A stretch of DNA of 20,000 bases, taken from an uncultured virus (IMG/VR IMGVR_UViG_3300049732_000141). Lineage: Duplodnaviria > Heunggongvirae > Uroviricota > Caudoviricetes. Below the pieces are notes generated by a model. That model made no database searches. It was given only the letters and a program-made list of their open reading frames with translations, and was not told the DNA's origin. The stretch lies in IMG/VR virus record IMGVR_UViG_3300049732_000141; one strand, 5' to 3'. The position numbers and the translations under genes were made by a program. Positions 6,077 through 13,364 of this stretch are shown here, one piece after another. Every line of letters starts with the position of its first letter. Positions within the stretch are counted from its first letter, which is position 1.

Positions 6077-8392
6077 TTAATGCTTCTTCTGCTGGAACTG
6101 CGCCACCAGATCGATGGGCGCAGGAGCAGCCGCGTTGTCCGTCTGAGCCGCACGCGGAGCCTGCCCGGCGAAGCTGACCGTCTTGGCACCCGAGAGGGCG
6201 ACAAGCTGATCGAGTTCCGTCTGGTCCTTGCCCGCAAGCTGCTCGTCGGTGAACTGGCACTTGCCAGTGTCCTTGAGCGCCTTGATCGTCGCGGTCTTGC
6301 GGGCCGCCTCGGCAGCCACGAACGCATCGTAGGAGGCCACAGCCGCCTCGTCCGCCTTCGCAGCCTTCAGCACCCCGATGGCCTCGGCCAGCGTCTTCGG
6401 CTGCACCGGAACCTCGACCTGCTTCTCGACGATCTTCTCGACTTCCTTCACCACTTCCTTCGGGGTGACGGCGGTTTCGAGCGCGGCAATCTGCTCGTCC
6501 GTCGCACCTTCGAGGAACTTGGCGCTCTCCTCGGTGAAACTCGCTCCGAGCTTCGCCAGAAGAGCCTTCACTGCATCTCGCATGTGAATTTCCTTGTCCG
6601 GCTGCTTGTTCCCATGACATCCGCACGGAGCAGCCTCTCCCGTGCCGGAACCTTCTTCGAGCGGCTCATACCGCCCAACGAACTCAACCTCAGTGGCGGT
6701 ATCACCAACCGAGACGGTGCCATCATCAGCCACCGTAAATGACCGCTGCCGGAGGGGCCGGAGACCACCGGCCGGGGGCAGCACATCCCCGGGGGAGGAG
6801 TAGTCGACGTCGTAGACGACCGTCCCCTCCTCGGGGTAGAAGTCAAGAATATAGCACATGCGGCCTTCCTTGGCCTGCAGCGCCTTGCGAAGCCGGTCCT
6901 CGATCTCCCGGGCCCCCAGTTCGTCGCCGGACTTCGCGGCATCCCGAAGCACCGACTTCACCCACGCCATGACGCTCATACGATCTCCCTCTTCTGCCCG
7001 GCGCTTGGCCGGGGAAATCCCGAGGGGGCCCAATGGGAGGGGACCGCCAACCGGGGTGACGCTGCTCTTCGGGGCCTTCGGCAGCAGCCGGGCGGCCTTC
7101 TTCGGCGGGGTGAAGCCCCACTGAGCGAACGCCCGGTCGAAGCCGACCCACTTGCCGTTGCGATCCATGCCCCGGTTCGCCAACTCGTATCGGGCGACCT
7201 GTCGGCCGGAAATCTTGCCCTTGGCCAGCGCCAGCACGTCCTTCGTCTTGCCGGTCTGGAGCGGCCCGAGGAGCTTCCACGTCGTCGTGTTCTCCTCGTT
7301 GCCTGCCACCTCACCCCGGGTCTTGGCGGAGACCGGCCAGATCTGCTTGGCCTTGTCGAAGCCCACCCACTCGCCCTCGCGGTCGAGCCCACGGCTGGCC
7401 ATCTCCAGCCGGGCGACTTCGTTGTAATCCGCCTTGCCGGTCGCGACCTGCGTCAGCGCGTCCCGGTCGGTGATCTGCGCCAGCCCGTTCAGCTTGGCCT
7501 CCGTGGAGTTCTCATCCTTGGCGGCCTCCTGATAGTTGACTGCTTCCTGCACCGGGCGCGGCAGCGATCCTCGGCCCATCGGGCCGCCTCCGCCGCCACC
7601 GCTGGACCACATGCCCTTGTCGTCGCGGGGCTGGTCCGGGTCGAAGCCCGCCGCCCGCATCGATTCCTGCAAGGCCGCTCGAACGCCGCAGCCCATCGTG
7701 ATGCTGCAAGCGCCCGTGTGCCCCGAGGGGAGCAGGGCGAGATGGTCGGGGGACATACGCTTCCACGTGCCCTTATACTTCCGGCCGCTCAGCGCGTGAA
7801 CCTTCTCGTCGTGAACCTCGGCCTCGACAAACGCGCCCATCGAGACCTCGATGGGGTCGCCGGACTCCAGCCGGGCAACCAGCATCGGGGCAACCTGCAT
7901 GGCGCGGGCCTTGTCGATCCACGCGTCCATCGTCAGGCGGCCGTCCTTGAGGAAGGCGTTCCGGGTAAAGCCGAGTGACAGGGCCTCCATGATGTCGGGG
8001 GCCGAACCCGAGATGGGCTGGCCCTCCCGCATCGGGTGGCCGTAATACAGGGGCTGGTGGTTCCAGCGCTCCACCCGGTCTTCAAAGGCCGTCAGGGGCA
8101 CCAGTTCCGGGGCCGGGGCTCCGAGTGCGTGAATGACCCCCTCGGTCATGGCGATCACGGGAACGATCAGGTAGTCCCTGTCGTTCTCCCGCTGTGCCGT
8201 AGGCTTGATGGCCGCAGACTTGAGGCTGGTAAACCTGAAGGGCAACACCTCGCCATCATACATCAAGGCCGAGATAGCGACGGGTTTCCCGAGGGGCTTG
8301 CCATCCCGGCCGATGACCTGAAAGGACACGTGATCGTGGTCCGGCCCCGTGACCTCGATGCCATCCACTGGCTGCACGAATCGGTTGCTCAT
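6077..8392 (-). CDS. Prohead protease (DUF2213-like) fused to an inserted cargo module and a C-terminal scaffold
   Basis: N-terminal part: YLIVPVIAMTEGV...WNHQPLYYGHP...DAWID...IEVSMG...PDHLALLP...GACS...GCG. Middle: FDPDQPRD tag and a duplicated domain. C-terminal Ala/Glu/Lys-rich helical region typical of scaffolds. Canonical position upstream of capsid genes. Confidence 0.8.
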   Translation of the reverse strand: MSNRFVQPVDGIEVTGPDHDHVSFQVIGRDGKPLGKPVAISALMYDGEVLPFRFTSLKSAAIKPTAQRENDRDYLIVPVIAMTEGVIHALGAPAPELVPLTAFEDRVERWNHQPLYYGHPMREGQPISGSAPDIMEALSLGFTRNAFLKDGRLTMDAWIDKARAMQVAPMLVARLESGDPIEVSMGAFVEAEVHDEKVHALSGRKYKGTWKRMSPDHLALLPSGHTGACSITMGCGVRAALQESMRAAGFDPDQPRDDKGMWSSGGGGGGPMGRGSLPRPVQEAVNYQEAAKDENSTEAKLNGLAQITDRDALTQVATGKADYNEVARLEMASRGLDREGEWVGFDKAKQIWPVSAKTRGEVAGNEENTTTWKLLGPLQTGKTKDVLALAKGKISGRQVARYELANRGMDRNGKWVGFDRAFAQWGFTPPKKAARLLPKAPKSSVTPVGGPLPLGPLGISPAKRRAEEGDRMSVMAWVKSVLRDAAKSGDELGAREIEDRLRKALQAKEGRMCYILDFYPEEGTVVYDVDYSSPGDVLPPAGGLRPLRQRSFTVADDGTVSVGDTATEVEFVGRYEPLEEGSGTGEAAPCGCHGNKQPDKEIHMRDAVKALLAKLGASFTEESAKFLEGATDEQIAALETAVTPKEVVKEVEKIVEKQVEVPVQPKTLAEAIGVLKAAKADEAAVASYDAFVAAEAARKTATIKALKDTGKCQFTDEQLAGKDQTELDQLVALSGAKTVSFAGQAPRAAQTDNAAAPAPIDLVAQFQQKKH
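7118..7485 (-). repeat. Tandem duplicated ~50-aa domain inside the protease-scaffold
   Basis: VARLEMASRGLDREGEWVGFDKAKQIW versus VARYELANRGMDRNGKWVGFDRAFAQW. Confidence 0.85.
7607..7645 (-). repeat. FDPDQPRDxxGxW tag, copy 4 (in the protease-scaffold)
   Basis: Encodes FDPDQPRDDKGMW, preceded by MRAAG and followed by SSGGGGGG. Confidence 0.9.
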
Positions 8393-10524
8393 TGCTGATC
8401 CACCTCGTAGACACGGACGGTCTTGCCGTTGATCTTGCCCTTGGTGACGCGGGTCACCTTGAATCGCTCGTTGTGACCCATCACGAATTCGTCCTCTCCA
8501 CCCCGAGAGTGACCCCCGAGGTAAAGGCCCCGCTTGGCCCGGATCTTCAGGATCGAGCCCTCCTTGCCGAACTTGGCCGCGACGGCCGGACGCACCGAGG
8601 CCGACTGGAACCCGCGCATCGTCAAGGTATCGCCCGCCTTCGTGTTCAACTCGTGCGTGATCCCGCGATACACGGTCACCGGAGACTTGAGCTTTGGGGC
8701 CTCCGAGATGGCGTCGTCGAAGTCGCGCATGGTCTTGGCCATACGTTCTGAAGGACGACGGTCGTCGTCATCCTCGTCTGAATCATCGTCATCGTCATCG
8801 TCCATGTAGCCGGGGTTTTGACGGAGAGTCGCGTTCCACTGCGCCGCGCCATCCCCGGTGTAATCACTGATGGCGTCCGAGAAGCCCTCGAACTGACGGT
8901 CGTCGCTGGATTCCAGCGTCTCCATGTAAGCCCGGTGCCTCTCGGCCATAGAGACGGCCGCGTCCGAATCGTCCTCGGGCAGTTCGCCAAGGTCGCCCTC
9001 ATCATCCCCGCCGGAACCGGAGCCTCCCCCGGCTGACCATTGCCCATCCTCGTCGCGGGGCTGGTCCGGGTCGAAGGCAGCGTAACGCACCATCTCCACG
9101 TCGCCCTCGGTGTAGAGCACGTCCGAGGGCCACTCCTCGGCTCCACGCCGTGACTGAACCTCCTCCAAGCGGGCGACCTTAACCACGTTGCCGTGAACCT
9201 TGACGAAACCAATACCAGTCACCCGATACTTCCAGCCGTGGTTGAGGATGACCTCACGCTCCGTATCGGAGGCCGCCGAGCGGTCGCCAAGCACCAGCCC
9301 GCGACGGGTCCGAATCTGGAACATGCGAACCTTGGTGCTATCATTATGAAACCCCGCGAAGCCCAGTGCAGTCACGGGGTGGAAGGAGGAAGACGCGAAC
9401 CCGCGCATCTCAACCTCATTCCCCACTTGAAAGTCTCGCCCTCCGGAGTTGCGGAACCCGCGATACACGGTGATGTCCTGATCCAGTTCCGGTGCGTTCT
9501 CAATGTAGCGATGCAGAGCAGCGAGATCTTCGTTGCGCTCCCAGTTTCCATTCTCGCGGCGCATCACAGAGTTCATGTGGGTAAAGCCCTCGCTGGTATA
9601 TTCCTCCAGTGCGGCAGTCCCCATGATGTATTCGTCCTGATCCAAGGGCTCCTTGCCGCCGGTCCCCTCCTGCACGTATTCTAGCTGTTCCGCGACGGCC
9701 GTCCTCTCCATCTCTCGCGCCGCGTCATCGAAGTTCAGGTCAGGAGCCGTATTGGGGGCCTCTCCAAGAGATCCGCCATCCGTCCACTTACCCTGATCAT
9801 CGCGGGGCTGATCCGGGTCGAAGGCTCCACGAATCTTCTTGGCCCTCTCCACGACGACCATCGCCGGGGCCTTCTTGAACCCGGCCAGCTTCAGCGCACG
9901 AGACCGATGGCCGCCCTCCAACACGTAGGAGCCCTCGGAGCGGTTGGCGACCACAATCAGGGGATTCACCTCTCGGGAGGACTTCAAGACCTCAGCCAGC
10001 GCCTGAGTCTGCTTGTAGTCCCGGACGTTCACGTAGTCCGAGATATCCACCCCGAGCTTCTCGACGTCCACCTCGCGGATGCCGGGCAGCACATCGTAGT
10101 CGCCCTCATCAAAGGTTGACCCAATGGAGGAGGTGTTCGGAATGTCTCGTCGCACCGACAGATCGCCCACCCGGCCCGCGTAGATTTCGTCTGCGCCTCG
10201 GATGTTGCCGTGAACATCGGTCGGGAAGTTACTCTTGGTGACGTTTGCCTGCGGAAACTCAGAGGCGGCCCAAGCTGCGTCAGACGTCCACTTGCCAGAA
10301 TCGTCCCGGGGTTGATCTGGATCGAACGCCGCGTCTCGGGGCTCTGTTATCACGATGGAATCGTCGTCTCCAACGAATCGGGACTCCAGAACCTCGGCCC
10401 GGCGGACGCGCTCCTGCACGACGCGCTCCTGCGCCTCGGCCTCACCCTTGGTCGGGTGGCAGCCGAGTTTGCGCTTGCCGTCCTTGGTGAACAAGCACCA
10501 CTGGCTTCCGACTTGCTTGATCAC
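8389..10524 (-). CDS. Multidomain effector protein, 711 aa: small N-terminal domain, ParB/Srx-like domain and two VIP2-like ADP-ribosyltransferase domains
   Basis: Likely start is GTG 10524 (GTGA overlap with the upstream stop, RBS GGGGAGGA), not 10752. ParB-like: NPLIVV...YVLEGGHRSRALK. ART1: VYRG / GFASSS / EREV. ART2: VYRG / GFQSAS / EDEF. Confidence 0.85.
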   Translation of the reverse strand: MIKQVGSQWCLFTKDGKRKLGCHPTKGEAEAQERVVQERVRRAEVLESRFVGDDDSIVITEPRDAAFDPDQPRDDSGKWTSDAAWAASEFPQANVTKSNFPTDVHGNIRGADEIYAGRVGDLSVRRDIPNTSSIGSTFDEGDYDVLPGIREVDVEKLGVDISDYVNVRDYKQTQALAEVLKSSREVNPLIVVANRSEGSYVLEGGHRSRALKLAGFKKAPAMVVVERAKKIRGAFDPDQPRDDQGKWTDGGSLGEAPNTAPDLNFDDAAREMERTAVAEQLEYVQEGTGGKEPLDQDEYIMGTAALEEYTSEGFTHMNSVMRRENGNWERNEDLAALHRYIENAPELDQDITVYRGFRNSGGRDFQVGNEVEMRGFASSSFHPVTALGFAGFHNDSTKVRMFQIRTRRGLVLGDRSAASDTEREVILNHGWKYRVTGIGFVKVHGNVVKVARLEEVQSRRGAEEWPSDVLYTEGDVEMVRYAAFDPDQPRDEDGQWSAGGGSGSGGDDEGDLGELPEDDSDAAVSMAERHRAYMETLESSDDRQFEGFSDAISDYTGDGAAQWNATLRQNPGYMDDDDDDDSDEDDDDRRPSERMAKTMRDFDDAISEAPKLKSPVTVYRGITHELNTKAGDTLTMRGFQSASVRPAVAAKFGKEGSILKIRAKRGLYLGGHSRGGEDEFVMGHNERFKVTRVTKGKINGKTVRVYEVDQQ
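9037..9075 (-). repeat. FDPDQPRDxxGxW tag, copy 3 (before ART2)
   Basis: Encodes FDPDQPRDEDGQW, preceded by VRYAA and followed by SAGGGSGSGG. Confidence 0.9.
9784..9822 (-). repeat. FDPDQPRDxxGxW tag, copy 2 (before ART1)
   Basis: Encodes FDPDQPRDDQGKW, preceded by IRGA. Confidence 0.9.
10288..10326 (-). repeat. FDPDQPRDxxGxW tag, copy 1 (before the ParB-like domain)
   Basis: Encodes FDPDQPRDDSGKW, preceded by PRDAA. Confidence 0.9.
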
Positions 10525-10970
10525 AGGTAGATCCTCCCCGAGTTTTCCTGCAGCAGATAGTCCCCGGACTCCAGCAGGAGGTAGTCCAGCCCCCTGATGT
10601 TCACACCCCGAGAAGGCTGGATATTCACGGTCACCCGCAGGAGCCCGTCTACCGGGGCCTGCGGCTGAAAGCCGCACACGAAGCCCTGCAGCCGCCACGG
10701 GGGCCCCTCGGGAACCGTCACCACGTAGGTGTCCTCCGAGGCGTTGGCCCACGCTTCGAGCAAGGCCGTGTGGACCGGGTCGCCGGGCACGAAGCCGATG
10801 TCGAACACCAGTTGCCCGTAGCGCCGGATGTCGGTCCAGTATTCGTCGTCCACGTCGGCGTGCCGAGTGCGCTCCATCACGGGGCGGTCCAAGGACGGCA
10901 GCGTGACGTTCCCCAGTTCGGGAATCGCCGTGCCGTTCATCGTGATCGTCGTGCCGTGGGCGGAGATCAT
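10521..10970 (-). CDS. Tail tube-like protein, paralog B, with a C-terminal LLLESGDYLLQE extension
   Basis: Aligns by eye with 5651..6067: ISAHGT/ISAQGT, NGTAIPEL/NGTAIAEL, IRRYG/IRRKG, LLEAW/LLEAW, GFV/GFV, APVDG/APVDG. Confidence 0.75.
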   Translation of the reverse strand: MISAHGTTITMNGTAIPELGNVTLPSLDRPVMERTRHADVDDEYWTDIRRYGQLVFDIGFVPGDPVHTALLEAWANASEDTYVVTVPEGPPWRLQGFVCGFQPQAPVDGLLRVTVNIQPSRGVNIRGLDYLLLESGDYLLQENSGRIYL

Positions 10971-10971
10971 G

Positions 10972-11622
10972 TTAGCCGAGGTCTCCGGGGGCTCCAGTCA
11001 CCTCGCACACCATATTGAAAATGACCGCGACAAGGTCCGTCGCCGTGCCCCACGCAGTGCCATCGTTCTTCTTGAAGGCCAGCCTGTTGCCCGTCACGCG
11101 AGAGATGGCCTGTCCCACCTGTTGATTAGCGAAGCCATCCACTGACCAGACGTTGAACCCGAAAGAGTCATGTCCGTTGAACGTGATGTTCGGCATGCCG
11201 GTGATGCGAAGTTCCGTGCCCGCGCCGCTGATCGTCGTGGCGACAAAGGCTCCTTTGATCAGAATGGCTGAGGCGCTCACGCGCAGCCACTTGAAGTAGC
11301 TCAGGTCGGCCAAGTCCACCGACCACGTTCCGCTGTTCGAAGTGAAGGTCAGAGAACTGTGATCGATGTCTGTCCACGCCGAGTTCGGGAGTCGCGGGTC
11401 CTCCGTCGTCACAAAGGGATTCCCTGCGGTCGGCGGAGGACCGAGGGCGCTCCCGGTCAGCGCTCCCTTCTGATCATCAGTCGGACGGTTCGGGTCCGCC
11501 TCGTTCAGCGCTTCGACCGTGACCTTCTTCGTCGTGGACTCGCTGACATCCACAATCGGCAGCACGTCATCGACAGCCACCGTGACGATCTCAGTGAGTT
11601 CGGAAATCCTCTGGTCAGCCAT
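10972..11622 (-). CDS. Putative virion fibre/adhesin protein
   Basis: N-terminal MADQRISELT...DDVLPIVD....TKKVTV resembles phage fibre N-termini; beta-rich C-terminal domain. Confidence 0.55.
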   Translation of the reverse strand: MADQRISELTEIVTVAVDDVLPIVDVSESTTKKVTVEALNEADPNRPTDDQKGALTGSALGPPPTAGNPFVTTEDPRLPNSAWTDIDHSSLTFTSNSGTWSVDLADLSYFKWLRVSASAILIKGAFVATTISGAGTELRITGMPNITFNGHDSFGFNVWSVDGFANQQVGQAISRVTGNRLAFKKNDGTAWGTATDLVAVIFNMVCEVTGAPGDLG

Positions 11623-12507
11623 TTATGCTACCCTCGTCCCCAAGAGATACGAGCCCGGATGCACCGTGCTCGGGTTGGCGTTCGCCGTGTTCTGCGCCCA
11701 CCGAATACGCAGGTTCCCCGGGGTGCTCCCTACGATGACGTGGCCAAGGAGCATCGTGGACTGCCGCAGTCCGAGGCCCGCTCCGGGCGACACCTGCTCT
11801 TGCCCAAGGTCATGGGTGTCCGCGCCCTGAAAGCCGCCCCCGGCCGCCTGCTGCGGAGACATGTGCCAGACCCCCGTGGCCCCGGAAGGGCCCGAGAGTG
11901 AGAACTTCACGTCGGGCGTGCCCGCCGCATCGTAGACCAGCATGGACAGGATCACCCACCGGCTGTTCGCGGGCAGCGCCAACACCATCTCAGTGTCGTC
12001 CACAAGCACGACTGAGTTGACGACACTCTGAGCAGCCGTCTTGGGCGCGAACAAGCCCACGCCCGGCGCTCCCTGTGGGCCGGTGGGTCCGGGAGGCCCC
12101 GGGGGGCCTGCGGGACCAACGAATCCGCTCATAGCTACCAGCCTCGCATCGATGGCTTTCAGTATATCCTCTTCTTCCTGATTATCTGCCTCAGAAAAAA
12201 GAGTCGTGATCGTGACCTGCCCTCCGACAGGACCCTGCGTGTATTGCGCTCGAAAGACTCGCGCCCGCGCAGCCAGTGAAAAGGAGTGCTCCTCTCCGAC
12301 CAGCATGGTGTGACTCTGCGTCAGGTCATCCAGTGGCGGATGCTCTCCGTCATCCGTCCAGATCAGCTTGACTCCGTCTACCGCCGAAGCCTGCTCCGCC
12401 CGCATCGTGACCAACACGGATCGGAAGCCATTGATCGTTTCCCACCGGCCATTCCACTGTTCCCCCGGGCCGAGGTATCCGTCGAAAGAGTTATGCTCTC
12501 CCATCAT
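11623..12507 (-). CDS. Putative structural/fibre protein with a short collagen-like segment
   Basis: GPAGPPGPPGPTGPQGAPG (about 12062-12118) between two beta-rich domains; ATGA overlap with the MuF stop. Confidence 0.6.
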   Translation of the reverse strand: MMGEHNSFDGYLGPGEQWNGRWETINGFRSVLVTMRAEQASAVDGVKLIWTDDGEHPPLDDLTQSHTMLVGEEHSFSLAARARVFRAQYTQGPVGGQVTITTLFSEADNQEEEDILKAIDARLVAMSGFVGPAGPPGPPGPTGPQGAPGVGLFAPKTAAQSVVNSVVLVDDTEMVLALPANSRWVILSMLVYDAAGTPDVKFSLSGPSGATGVWHMSPQQAAGGGFQGADTHDLGQEQVSPGAGLGLRQSTMLLGHVIVGSTPGNLRIRWAQNTANANPSTVHPGSYLLGTRVA

Positions 12508-13364
12508 GAACCCTCCCTAGCGATGCCCATCGTGCAGCGACACCGGGGGTGGGCGGGCGGAGCATCAATACGCTCTCCATCCACGTTGAAGTCCCCATCG
12601 AGATCAGCCGTCTCCCCGTCCATCGGTTCGCAGATCGGGCACAGCCGGTCATCGGGGGTCACAATCCACTCTTTCCTTTCATTGCCGGTCAGAAGCCCGG
12701 CCTCAACCGCCTGCTCCCACGCCTCAAGCTGTCCCTGATTGGCCGCACGCATCGTCTCGGTGCGGGCAATCGTCTCTGCCCGCTCCTCATCACCAATCAG
12801 GTTCTCGATCTCATCCGCGATGTCCCGGGGGTCGATCTGCTCCGAGAATGACCGCTCGATCAGGTCGTGGATCTTCTTCCGGGTCGTCTTGTTGACCTCA
12901 TCCACCAACTCCGCCGCGTGCTTCTCGGCCCACTCCTGCGCCCGGGGGTTGGTGACGTCGAACTTCCAACTCCGGATCTCCGGAGCCGCCGCTCGAAGGG
13001 CCTCCGCCCGGCGGGCCCGAGGGATCAACCTGCCTGCCCGGGTGCCCGTGCGTTCAACGACCGCCAGCAGCAGCTTCCGCACGGGCTTGGCCCACACGCG
13101 GGTGCCAGCCGCCACGGCCCGGTCCACCCGGCGCAGGACGGCCGCCTGATCCCGGTCCTCCAGCGCCTGCGCCAGCGCCCGCCCGCGCACGTCCTCGCGC
13201 ATGCGCGTGAAGGCCCGCAGGGCCAGCCGCCGAAGCTCCGGCCGGGCCCTGTCCGCCGACCGCAGCACGTGGCTCCAGCGCCGCCGGGGCCGCGCCAACA
13301 GGCGGGGGTCCGCCTCGTCAGGCACCAGCAGGGACTCTTCTCGAAGGATCTGCTCCCTCAGCAC
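12504..13364 (-). CDS. Phage minor head (morphogenesis) protein, MuF/SPP1 gp7 family, short form
   Basis: RAETIARTETMRA...KEW....DDRLCPIC..MDG...PPAHPRCRC, directly after the portal gene. Confidence 0.9.
   Translation of the reverse strand: MLREQILREESLLVPDEADPRLLARPRRRWSHVLRSADRARPELRRLALRAFTRMREDVRGRALAQALEDRDQAAVLRRVDRAVAAGTRVWAKPVRKLLLAVVERTGTRAGRLIPRARRAEALRAAAPEIRSWKFDVTNPRAQEWAEKHAAELVDEVNKTTRKKIHDLIERSFSEQIDPRDIADEIENLIGDEERAETIARTETMRAANQGQLEAWEQAVEAGLLTGNERKEWIVTPDDRLCPICEPMDGETADLDGDFNVDGERIDAPPAHPRCRCTMGIAREGS

Noticed and set aside
4040..6742. 900-aa plus-strand ORF
   Set aside because: Antisense shadow of well-supported minus-strand head genes; high-GC codon bias removes stops; no recognisable motifs.
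7607..10326. CRISPR-like array from the four ~39-nt repeats
   Set aside because: Spacing is 0.5-1.4 kb, repeats are in-frame coding with synonymous changes, and no cas genes are present.
10525..10752. 76-aa N-terminal extension of the effector protein in the ORF track
   Set aside because: Overlaps the tube paralog in another frame; GTG 10524 has an RBS and a stop-start overlap.
12504..13364. MuF-toxin fusion or read-through into the ART domains
   Set aside because: MuF stops just after HPRCRC and three genes separate it from the effector gene.
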